This document shows, piece by piece, positions 15,601 through 28,900 of a stretch of 64,000 nucleotides of DNA (positions are counted from its first letter, which is position 1; each line of letters begins with the position of its first letter). Both the position numbers and the translations under genes were made by a program. The DNA is from Lingula anatina (lineage: Eukaryota; Animalia; Brachiopoda). The DNA lies in NCBI GenBank assembly GCA_051362555.1, contig CM120641.1:10106001-10170000 (forward strand). Direction: 5' to 3'. Below the pieces are notes generated by a model that saw only the letters and a program-made list of their open reading frames with translations, made no database searches and had not been told where the DNA came from.

Positions 15601-18600
15601 AGAAAGCTCTGTGCAGGTGACACTCTTGCATAATACCAGGCTATTTAGTTACATTAATCTCCCTTAGTATTTCGATACCGATACTTGAAATGCACAACGT
15701 GAAAAGGGCCTTACCCTCCTGTGACATTGCTGGTCATTAGAACACATACACAGTATTGATCCAGGTCAGAATGTTGCACCCTGCTGGTTTTTATGGAGTC
15801 ATGCATACACAAATGCCCTATGAGTCTATATATCAGCATATATGTTACATATCTCATTTCAAATGACCTGTATCCTAGCAAGAAAAAATTGACACATATT
15901 TGTCAGTGGATGATACCCAATATGTACTATGTGAAAAATAAGATATATATATAAAATCAGGTTTACGTAAGGACAAACTTAAACTAGCTTTGGTATAAAT
16001 GCCATCATCAGAGGACCAGATCCCCAGGTAGGGGACATGGAGTTTGCATGTATAGGAATATAATATGGCAGGCCGCAGATAGTCTTGTGTGTATGGTGAT
16101 GTCAGGTGTTCTGTTTGTGTCAAAATTAGTCCTGTCGAAACACATGGAAGAACTGACCTTTTTCCTGATTGTGACATGCATTTATTAAATGGACGGATGA
16201 CCTCGCTGTCCCTTAAGGCATGCAGTGTTCATGACTTGACCAATAGAAATCCCACTTTAGATGCTATCTACATGTATATTTACCATGGAACGTGGTTATA
16301 AGTGTTGTAGTCTGTTAGATGATGTGTCTGTTGGAGTATTGTATTATGAGACACATCGTGTAAACCACTTCTGTGATAATGTGAAAACTGTGACAACGCA
16401 TGTGAGGAATTAGGGATATATTGTAAGTAAACAATCAATGATGTTAGTCATTCCTGTACTATATGCACTTCTTGGTGATATGTTTTGAATGCCATATGAC
16501 TAAGAAGTTGGCTTAATCTGAAGTTTCTTTTCTTTTTTGCTAAAACTTGGTGCCTTTATGTGTATGGCACTGGGCAGGAGTCTTTATTATTATTATTTTT
16601 TTTTTTTGTATTTCATGATTTGGTACATTGGTTATGTAAGCAGCTAAACTTTAAAATATCCATATAGCACGCAATTATTACCTTCTTACCTGAGAAGAAT
16701 GTTAACTGTCTTACAGGTGTTAAGGTGGTCTTGCCCCAATGGAAAGGAGGTTCCTCTCAGACCAGGTTCCATAAAAATTATCCACCCGAATTTAACATCT
16801 TATTCTCCGTTTTCCTTGATGTAGTTTTCTTTAAAGAAGTAACTTCAGTTGGCGATTTAAGCTAGAGCAGATATAGCTCATTTGCCTCCTGCTAGCGTTT
16901 CTTTCTTTGCATGGATTGTCAGCAATCAATTGACAAAACATTTGCTTATGCAAGGCCAGCTTGACCACAATGCCTTCAACAAGGCACTAGGGCTGGGCAC
17001 TGCCTGTGACGTAGCTGGGTAGTTTAAATAAGGGAATAGTGGTATTTATGTTTGGGGAGATATTGTACATTTTACGCACAAAATATGACTGCTCAGTATG
17101 GAGAAGAAAATAAAAAAAGGTGAGCAATGTGAGTTATTGGAAGTGTTAAAGGGCAGTCTTGAAGCCAGTGATTTAAAAGGGGAGATTCTTTTTCTGAAAA
17201 GGTGGGCCCTTTTTGTCCATAATTGCATAGCATCTAGATCAGATTTTGATTTAGAGGAGATATCTGGGCCAAAAGGGCGATTCTTTCAGTAAATCTCCCC
17301 CCTCCCCCCTTTCCAGACAGATGTATAAAGAGTAACTTAATATATAATACAGGCACTTTTTGTTGCTGTCTTTGAAGGATTTAGAGACCATTCCCAGATC
17401 CTATCGTACTAACTTTGGACAGAGCTATCTCCAAGGGGATTCTCACTTAATTGCAATTAACTTATGTGTCTTAGACATCTGTCATGTCTACTGAAGCTGA
17501 TCATCATTCCTCTTCATCCCGTGTGGGACATAAGGCCACACTGCAGCTGATAGGGGGTAATTAACTATGGTTTAGCAGCTTTAGTAGGCATTCCAGACAT
17601 CTCAGCCACTTAAGCTGAAAGCAATTTAGTGAAAAACCCTGTGGACATGGACCGATCCTGTTAGATCAATCTAAGGATGGGAACCAAGTCCTAGATACAA
17701 CAGGATGCTCTTGCCATTCACATTGGGAAGTGGAGCGGATGAGCACATCTAACACAATGGAGGCATCTGGCAAAAGTTGGTTTGGAAAACAACATTGATT
17801 TATTCTTATAATAATGACTGAGAATGTCATTAGGCCTCTCACTGAAGTTTCCATGCATTGTACTCAAGAAGAGAATGAAATAATTTTTCTGCATACTTAT
17901 GGAAGTGAACTTTGTGACAATTAGCAGTAGAAATGACTCTGCAGTAGGTGGTTATATATTTTAAATATAAGTGCAATTAAAGAAAAGCTTTTATATGCTT
18001 AGAGTTGGATTTTATGGCATTATTTGTATGAACGGCCCCTTTTCAGTGCAGGATTACACTTACATGAATGTATTCTTTGATTATTTTGTTTCTTTTGGCA
18101 TAATGCCCAACTCAGAAAAATACAATTGATCTGCAAACCTGGAAGGTATTATTTGATTGTTACGAAGAGTCATACATTTGTAACCTAAGAAAATTGCATA
18201 ATTTATCCATGCTGTTATTCTTAAAATCTTGCAAATACTTGGGCTTTTGAACTTGTGAAAGCAATTTTGTTTATTCTTGATAACTGCTGAAAAATTGCCA
18301 CCAAAGCTATCTAGATATCAGCTATAGGGAGTTTTCTGCTGCACTGTCGAGGCATGCACAATACCTGTTATTGATTGGTACATTTCATTCAACAAACAAT
18401 AGAGACGACAAAATCGCTTGCAAAACAAGGTAAAGCTGGAGGCCTTGTAGAGGTTTACCTCTACTGGCCAGTTCTGCAGTTAGCATTTATACCAGTAGAT
18501 GATGCTGCGTTAGTTATTTTTAACTCCCATTTATCTGTAGCTGGGGAAGCTATATCTGATAATTTCAGCATACTTGCGCAGAAGAGCATCGGATGAGGTG

Positions 18601-19930
18601 TAGAAAAAATAAGTGCAACAGCAGTAGTAAAACTTGATAAATAAGATAACCCCATGGAAGATGATGTAGAGCTATGGCAAATGGAAATTACTATGAATTA
18701 GACGAGTACCTGTATGAGAGGTATGGATTGTATGACCCATACTGCAGTATAGGGAATCTGAATGACCATAGGGAAGCAAACCTTCTGTGTAGTTTATATA
18801 GTGAAGGTAGGTGAACATTTACATAATATGCTGCCTGAAATATCTCTGAATAACTGAGTAGCATGGCATGAGCATGGTATATCAAGTGTGAGTTTAACAT
18901 GTTTTTTTTTCTTATGAATATAAATTGAACTGCATTCCATTTTTAAAAGCCTAGGGATGAAAATATGCCTTGTGTATTTTGCATTAAAAAATTCAATTTT
19001 TTTGTCAAGTCATTATTTTGGAATATTACATGTTATAATTGGATCTGTAGCATTTTAACACTACAGTTCTAGGTAGACGATTTTCTAGATGTTCCTAAAA
19101 CATTGTACAGGGTTAACTAGAAGCTTTTTGTTGTTGCGAACTATATACTTTTGAAATCCAATCTTGTTAGATTAAGAAATGTAGTTAACAGTATTGAACA
19201 TAGTTAACACTGAAAATGAATTGTTATGGCCTAGAAATCTTCTGGTTTTGTCACATATAACTAATATTAACATGTTTGATAGACTTGTTAGTGCTCTTCA
19301 TATATGTATCTATAGTTCCATTAGCTGAAACAGTAATTTTGACCTTTTCTTATATTCTCGTGCTGCCTGTGATGGCTTGCAGCAGGAACTCCATTAAATA
19401 TTGATTCCCAATGGCCACATCTCTTGTATCATGGTTATGAAAGCCTACCTATTAGCTTTGATTAGTACAGTGTGAAATGAGATCAATTAGGTATGTTTCT
19501 CCAATAAACAATACCTGTCTGTTGAATTGTGTAATCTCTGTCTCAATCATATTGACCACTGCATGGAATCCTTATGTAGTTGATTTTGAAAAATGAAATA
19601 TTGGTTATGTACATGCCGTTTATCGCTAAGATTTTATCCATTTCATTCTTTTGTTTGCGTCAGTGTAATAGTTTAAGTATCTAAAGTTTTAATGATTATT
19701 TGATACATGTGAGCCGTCTGGTTAGTTTGAAAGTAAGAAATTATGGATCACTCTCCAGATATTTGGAAGGGTGAATACTAGTAGCTTCTATTTAAAATAG
19801 TTATCCCCCATCACGTTTCCTGGCATGATCTGCTTCAAGTAGTGCTAATAATAAGTAAAAACAGTCACGTTTTACTGCTGCAGCCATATTTCCCTAAAAT
19901 TAAAAAGTTATGCTGTGGTTGGCAAAATAA

Positions 19931-19981
<51 letters not shown>

Positions 19982-22900
19982 ATGAACAAATAAAAGAGTT
20001 AAAATTCAGTTTTAAAAAATTCTCCTCTTAAATCTATGAAAAATCATGAAATTCTCTTACCTGGTCCTCATATCTGTCTACAGTAGGTCTCCACAGTTTC
20101 TTCATTGAGGCAGCATGTCCTATTACAACATCTATGAAGACTGGGAAAGTTTAGTTTCCAGACTGTTTTTTTTTTGCACCTGTTACATATACTCAAGACG
20201 TCTTGCTTTTAGATATATAATGTGCCATTTGCTTAGTGCATTAAAGCAAATCCTGTCGTCCCAATACTTCTTGATGGCAATTCTATGTATGTCCTTGAAT
20301 CTTACATCATTTAAAAGAAATAATGGATGTTGTTAACATTCTACACTGGAATAAGATGTGCCTGCCCTCATGTATGTTTAAAAAACCAGTCCATCTTTGG
20401 ATGCTGACAGGTTAGTGCTATAAATTAAAATCAAATTCAACTCGGAGGTGGAAGTTCCCATTGATTGGCTGAAGAAGCTTACCTATAAGCGTGGTGCATA
20501 CTGATATCTTGTTTTTGACAATTTAGGGCCATATCAACATAGTTAAGGTCATTGGTGTTTATAAAAAGACATTTTAAAGCAGTTTATTGCACAGCAGGTA
20601 GTTTCCCACCTTGGAGTATCAACGTGTTTTCAAAATGGAATGGGGACATTAGCATGATTATAGATAAGGCTGGGTATGAAAGGTGTTGCAGCGGTGTTAT
20701 TGAGACAGTTGACATGTTTTTTTAAATTGGAAGAAGTCAGAAGGAGCAGCTCAATCAATGTTGTTGTGTAACCGGTTACTCCACATGGGTAACTGAATAA
20801 GCTCTGTGGGGGATTACTGCGGTTCCACAGAATGTTTATTGGTAAAAGGGGACACCTATTTAGTTTTCACAATGACAATTTAAGGGATATGTGAATTTCA
20901 GGACAATCCCTGTGGGTATGGTTGAACGCATGTTGTTTTTCCAAAATACGTGCAGTTTTGCATGTGCTGCAAAAAGAGCTCACATTTGAGCACAAATGTG
21001 TAAAGCAAGGCTATAGAATTTAAAGTGTGCACAATATGCATGACTGCAGTAACAGGGGATAGATTAATTTGTGGCTGTGACACCATCCTAAAACAAAAAA
21101 TTAAATTGAGTGTATGGAAACTACTGTTTCTTGACTACTATTTTGCCATGGACATTTGTGTTTGGGAAATAAGATTTGAATAATGGAGGTGAACAACAAC
21201 ACACCACCTACTCTAGACATCATTTGCAGTGATGATATGGACAAACAAAAGTACCTTTCCAGTTTGTCAGAAAATGTCTGTCTTTTCATGGAAAATAACA
21301 ATGTCATAGCAGAGAGTGAGAACAGTGTCAGCGGTAAGTCATTAAAGTTGAATTGATATAATGTTATATAAGAGAATTCAGAAAAATGTTTAAGCAGCCA
21401 GTGTAGTATGTAAACAGTGATACATACAATACCTGTTCGAATTTGACATGTTAATTTCCCAAAAAATTTCAATTATTATTTGGAGTAGGAAGTTATGATA
21501 TTTACATGATTAGTCTAAGCTGTAAGTATGATCAGGATATATTTTCAATAAATAATTGGTTGCACAAAACTGTATCATAAGAGGTACAGAGGCGCGTGTG
21601 TAATTTGAGGTTTAATATCTACAGACATGAAACCTATAATATATCCTCTGTAGATGCACCATAGATGTGCTAGCATGTGTAAAGCTGTGGTTGTTCAGCT
21701 GAATACTCATCTATCAGATTAATAGACATAAAGGTATGTAGGCCAGAACATTCCATACACTAGCACATGGTGTTGACTGGTTTATCAGGATTGGTGAGTA
21801 AAATGTACAGTTTCATATATAAAGGATGACATAGTGATAACAATGCTGTTGGAGGTGTTCATGGTTTGTGACTGATATTTATTTGTTTGACCTTATTATC
21901 AGAGGTAATTGAAAATTAACAGTTATTAACTAAACCTGTATACAGATACTACTGTGTGGTATGTATGTACATGTATATACCACTATGTGTGCTATTCGTT
22001 TGTCTCAATAAGTAGCAGTGTAAATAGGTCTAAATAGGTTTTTGCACATGGTTATAAGTTTGAGTTAATGGTAGTAAGTTAGTAACTGTATTTAGGTATT
22101 GGTAGTATATGTTATGATATCTGTATCTGTAGGATGTCTACAGTATGTTTGTAGACATACTGTAGATGCTGTGCAGGGCTGGTTAATATTTAATATGTCC
22201 AAGATATCTTTTCTTTTATTTGTGGACTTGGTAAAAAAAACATTGTCCCATATTATCACCCTTATTCTTGGCAGTGTGTATTGAAGCATAGGAATGTAGT
22301 TTGTGCATCATAACATGTCCATGTAGTTTTGCCCATGAAAAACTGCATGTACAAGGTAACAGACATCCCGGGGTCACATTTCAGGTGACATGTCTCCCGT
22401 TCCCCCATTTTTCAGGTAGGCAGTGCTTTCTTGATGATAATGGTTTATTGAGCACTAAGTGAGGTTCAGTTATATTAACATTGCTATAACTTGAAAAGAT
22501 GTAGATTTCTAGTAAGTGTTTTAATCAATCTGCTTTTTTTCCAGTCAGGAATCATGTGTTTGACTGGAAAAAATAAGACATGTTTGTTACCATGTACATA
22601 GCACATTAAAAAACATGGTGGAAAGTGGAAGTTTGCTGAGTCATATCAAGAAATAAATCAAAGCTATTATATATTAAATATTTCTAATTGTTATGCCAGA
22701 AGTAGTAATATATTGACCAAAAAGCATTCAGAGATGTCACGTGTATAACATGTTTTATGTTAATTTTCTTTTCACCAAGAAGAAGTTAAATATATAAATC
22801 TATCAATCAGTAAATAAATTAAGGTTCAGCTAAATAGTTATAAATAGCAAAATAGGATCAGGAACTAACTGAGGCTGTGTCTCCTGAAATGAAAACAGTT

Positions 22901-25900
22901 CAGGACAGTTCCATGTATACAGGTATTAGGAAGATAAGAAAAAGTTGTTGACAATATCAACAACTGGCTTACCTGGTGTAAGTGGTCCGTGTTGATATCT
23001 AGATCAATGATCTAGCTGTAATCTACAAAAGGGACATTGATTAAGAAGACTATTGATTTAAGTGGAAAAATAGAAAAATTGATATTAAAAAAAATTTGCA
23101 CAAGGTTACTATGTTGCATTAGCCCCAGTAAGTCTAAAAAATGCAGTGTGAAAGTACTTAAGCTTAAAAAAGTTACTTAGTTGCACCAGAAGAATTGTTT
23201 AGGTCATTTTTGGAAATTGTAAATGGTTTAATACAAGTCATTTCCCCAAATAATTATTTTATAGCACTGCAGGTTCTTTGATGATAATATAAATGCCTTT
23301 TGACAAAAACACAGATACTTATTTTGACAAAAGTAAGAACAGTTGCATTTTGATTAAAAAAAATCAATGCACAGTAGTAAGTGTTAGTTGGAAGGAAAAA
23401 GCCCAGGGTCTGTTGATACTGGGGAAAGTTTGTATCCATGGAGATGTCTGGAGCAAGATGCAATATAAATCAGCATATTTTTTTTAATGTGAATGTTATT
23501 TTCTTACAGTTAGCACTGTGATATAGTACATAATTGGTGTGTGATACTGCTGTTGTTTTATGCAGATTGCACCTTTATATATGCAGAATAGAAGTAATAA
23601 TTTTCATAGCTTTTTATTGGGATAATTGAAATAACACCAGAGGTGTTGCACATTGAATTTCAGGCAACAGATTTCCTACAATTTAATTGAAGGAGTATTT
23701 AGACGGAAACGAGATGAAGTTGTCTAAAGATGTCACTTACCAAACCTGTGTTATGTTTTGCAGATATTTATCTTAATACTTGAATAACACTTGAATTTGG
23801 CATCTTGTCTTTCCAGTCCTATGTTCGGAGCGTTTGACCCAGATGACAAGAACATACAATGATATTGAGGCTGTGACAAGACTACTTGAAGAGGTATACT
23901 TCTTACTGTGAACTTCGTTTTCCAAAAGTGACGTGATATCAAGTTGAAGCAATTCTAAGCATACAATGCATGGTGAATGTTTACCACCATCTGACAGTAA
24001 AAAGTTTTTTTCTTCCAAAACCTATGCATTTAATATACTTACAAAAGTTTACTGGATACCTGGAACCAAATTAGTAATAAGATATCTTACAGTGTTCTGA
24101 ATGAACTGTATGCAATTCTTATTTTTCCGCTTTTCGATCCCCCTCACTTACAAAGAAGATGTGATATATGACACAAACTGAAGTTTAGATTTTTTCTGTA
24201 AATGCTATCTCTGTATCTGTACTAAGTCTGACTAAGTGAGACTGCTTTGATTTCATGAGTACAACCACCCTTAATTTTGGCAAATATCCAATGCCAAGAA
24301 GAAATAAAGCTTTTTTCCCCAATAAAATAGCTAAAAATCTTTGTAATTTTTCTTTGACATTTAGAATATACTCTTATTTGTCATGCTACACCTTTTTTTC
24401 TTTTCTTGACATTTGCTTGACAATTAATTTTAGAGAATCCCCATTAGTATGATTGAAGGCACTGCTGTTTTAATTAGATTTGTGACATAACAAATGGAGA
24501 AAATAAAGAACCTATTAAATTTATTTTCTTGTTTTTATAGATAATATGTAAATCTGTTTATTTATAGACAGTTTTACATATATTGCTTATGTTATCATAA
24601 AAGTCTGCATTTACTTCTAGTTATGAACATTCTTGATTTAAATTGTATCTTTAAAAATGATAGTGGAATTGTTTACAGTTTGTCAATAAAGTAAATTTTA
24701 ATAATTTCACTTAAACCCCCAAATGCATTGATTTGAAAAAAATTAATTTTAAAGAATTTATCTTAAAGTTTCAATCATTTGTTTTATATTACAGAAAGAG
24801 AGAGATTTGGAGTTAGCAGCTCGTTTAGGTCAGATCCTATTAGATGAAAAGAAAGAACTTGCAGCAAAAAATGAGCACTTAGAAGAACAATTGGCTGCTA
24901 CTATTGAAAAAGTAAGTATACTGTAGATTTGTTATGTTGGTTCTTGATACTTGCATATAAACAGATTGATAGCTGTTGCTTTAGTTCTCATTTTCCATGT
25001 TTTAGTTTTCATTTACCATGATTTGTATCCTAAAATGTATTTTTTTTTTAAATTGAATTTAATTTTGAAAGTTACACGATAATTGATGAAAAAGATCATT
25101 GTAGGTCCTGTATTGCAGATGTTTTTTTTTTTGTTAGCTTTTCATATTAGAAAAAAAAACGTGAAATCATTATCTAAAGGCAGTCAAATGTTTAAGTAGT
25201 TAGTAAAACAAGCAAAATGTACCTTAGCAAACAGATCTGTCTCGTTTCATGTCACGTGTATCACCAACGTGCTGTGCGTAGGCAATTCTAATCACGCGTA
25301 AGTCCTTGAACCCATTGATTTGTTGGGCGGTTTCTCCAGGCAAGAAAAACACTCTAAAGTAGATGATAAAAAGATGCAAACTCATGGAAGATTATGGGAC
25401 TAGTGTTCCCATAGAAAACACTAAAAAAAAAACAAAAAACAAATTCAGACAGAAATTTGTCATAGCATTTGACCAACTTGTACATTGAAATAAAATAATG
25501 CAGCATGAGATGGCTCCATGTTGACAGTGGGAGGTTGCGAAGGAGGGGGGGGGGTTCATTGACGATGTTGTCATGAACACATACAAATATACCAAACAAC
25601 TATGAGGGTATGGTTCTTTTCATCCCCTTGCCCCACCCCTCTTCCATGTCCTCCCTTTATTTAAGTGCTGATTATGCCAATGATATACATCGTCCAGGTC
25701 TAAATAATTGAGATGACACCAAATATGTGGCGTACCTGACAGCAGTCACGTAGTCCTACGGCTATTAACATATTGATAAGATATAAGATTTCAACTGCCA
25801 AACTGACCCAGAAAAAAAGAATTTGTCTCGTACTGAGGGCACTGAGTATTCAGGGCTTGTGCATTTGTGAAACCTGTTTCTAGATAATTGGACATGTGTC

Positions 25901-28900
25901 ATAAGAAAGGAAATTATACGTCTTTTTGAAAGAGAACAAAAAAAATTTAAGACCAAAAAGTATAGGTATCATATATGTAATGAATTATAAATAATTCAGA
26001 AGTTATACAAAAGTTTTGATGAGAACCTTTTTGAGAATTTGTTGTTTTTTAAGGGAATTTTTTTTTTTAATTCATACTTCTAATGCATGTGCCCCTAATA
26101 GATAGATGAGAGCCGATATTGATTATGTCCAATGTTTGGTTCTGATTTGGAGTTTACAAAAAGCAAAAGGGATGAGGAAAAAATGCTAAATCATACAATT
26201 CCAAGATAATTGAATAGCTGGGTGGTTCTTTATACAATTAGTATATTTAACAAATATTGGCCAATAATTACCAAGATAGATGATAGGTTAACCTCATTAA
26301 ACTTTTTAAAAGGGATGAGGAAAAAATGCTAAATCATACAATTCCAAGATAATTGAATAGCTGGGTGGTTCTTTATACAATTAGTATATTTAACAAATAT
26401 TGGCCAATAATTACCAAGATAGATGATAGGTTAACCTCATTAAACTTTTTAGAGAAAGGATTACCCCACAAAAATGATAACAATAATGCAGTCCTGTTGG
26501 TATATCAGGACACTAATGTCAGATTGTGATTTTTTTAGCCACAATAGCATTAAATTAAGATGGAATTTCCTTTTAATTTAACTGTGCTAAAGGATGACAA
26601 TAATTATTTTATCCCCCCTCCTCTTATTATTACTAATATTATTTTTTCAGAATAAACAGTTGAGTCATGACATTTCTATGAAAGATGACCTCCTGAAGAT
26701 TTACACTCAAGATGGTGACACAGATTCTAATGGGTGTTCCCCTACGTAAGTTTACTTAAAAAGTGTTTGTCATCATCTTAATTTGCAAGAGATTGTTGTC
26801 TTTTTGTGATGTTTGTAAATGGAAATGTCCCACTTAGCATCAGCAGTATAAAAAACTACATTGAAGGATCTCTTTTGCACGATAATGCTACACATCCAGC
26901 AGTTAAAACAGGCTTTTCTTTTATTTGCAAATTTTATTCATGGCACCCCAGCTTTTGCATTCAGAGCAAACTTAAGTGTATGCAATTTATATTTTATTAG
27001 AAGTTACTTGTCATATTTGTCAAGATTCATTCCACCGGTGTATGTTTACTGAAACTATCTTTAGAAGACATAAATATTAGCACTGATAAGGTGTTGTGAA
27101 CCTAGTAAAAGATATTCTAGACAAAGATGTATTTTTCTGGTCATCATCACATCCTACTGCTATCATTACATCAAACAAATCTTTGTTTGTTGAGTACTTA
27201 GTCAAGATGTCGGCATTTTTTTTCTTACATCATGATCTGACTGTCCCTAGATATAGGCTCAATGTTAGGTATTGTCTTAGGCAAGAGGTGTTTGAGTTTA
27301 AACCTGTTAAAAGGTTGAGATAAGAGGTTTAATGTCCTAAAGCTACATTTAAGGTTTATAGAATTACAGAAACCTACTTTTTGGACATTTCCAGGAATTT
27401 CGTGATAGAATTTTCACCTTAGTTTGAAAATCATCATCGTCATCTTGTAAAATTATGAAAACGTAGATAATCATTGACCATTTACAGCCTTCAGTTAACA
27501 TATTATTTTTCATAAAAATTGCTGACTCACTATATTATGTACCCCTCCACTCTTTCTCCCCTCCAGCAAAGACAGGCAGGGGTTAAGTGCACACCTGCAC
27601 AACTTTGACACCTTACAGAAGAAACTGAGGTCAGTGGAGGAGGAGAACTTTCGACTCAGAACAGAGGTAATTATTATTTATTTTTTGTTTGGTTGTTTCT
27701 TAAACAGAGATGAATCACTCAGAATATTCAATTGATTAATTTGTCTAGATGCACAACAATTTATATAGGCTTTTCATATGCATGTAGTTGTCAGAATACT
27801 TTACAAGCTCACTACTTTCTTTAAGTATTAATATAAACATTTTGTTCCACTTTTTAGGCTGTACATTTAGAGACAGAAACCATCAATTATGAAGAAAAAG
27901 AACAGCAACTGGTCAAAGACCTGCTCAGGGAAATGGGTGCGTTTTCATATTAAAACAATTTATAAAAAGAACTGAACTATTGATATTTTAACTGATATTG
28001 CAGTGGAATATAGCAGTTTCAATTAGACATAATTGCTATTACAGGAGACAGAATATATTAACAGTGTTGCAACCAATGCAAAACTTTATTACATGTCAAA
28101 AAAAGATTAGATTAAGAAAATGAAGACAAGAAATTAATTTTACAGACAGATCATTAAAATATGCTGATGAATCAGCAGATAAAACCGTTAATCAACAGGC
28201 AAAGTTATAAGGTATATATAGTATACAAAAACCACAAACTACATCAACTTCTTGAAGATATATTTATGTTTTGATGTCCAGGCACCAAGGAGAAGGAGTT
28301 TGGTGCCTTGGAGGAACTCCTTGCCAGGAAGACGGAGGAGGCCATGCGGCAACAAGAAGAGATCACCAACCTGCTGGCTCAGGTGGTGGACATGCAGAAG
28401 AAAAATAAAGAGGTATTCACCTGAACATTCCTAGGAAGATCATTATGTATATGTGTTAATTGTTCATAAGAAAGTTGATGTTATTGTACAAAGTTTTATT
28501 GCAGAGAAAGGCATTGACTTAATAATTTAGATGATATGTTGAAGTAACATTTTGACAAATCTTGTTTCATTCTTATGATCAACAAAAGAAGAAACACATA
28601 GGTTAGTTTTATTTTTGTGTAGAAAATATGCAATTATTTGGAAAAATGTTGATATATTTCAGCTTGTGATAGAGAATGCAGAGCTGCAGAAACACCTTTT
28701 GGCTGCACAGGATGCACAAAAGGACCTCACAGAAGAGGTGAGCTTTTTTTAATGAAAATTTATTTTTAATGAAAATTTATAGTTATATGGCATGGTGTGT
28801 TGATTTATTCATTGGCCTAATTTGAATAAATCATATAAATGAATCCTATAAAATATTTTATTGATATGTTTTTTAACAGTAAGATTACGTCATGTTATAA

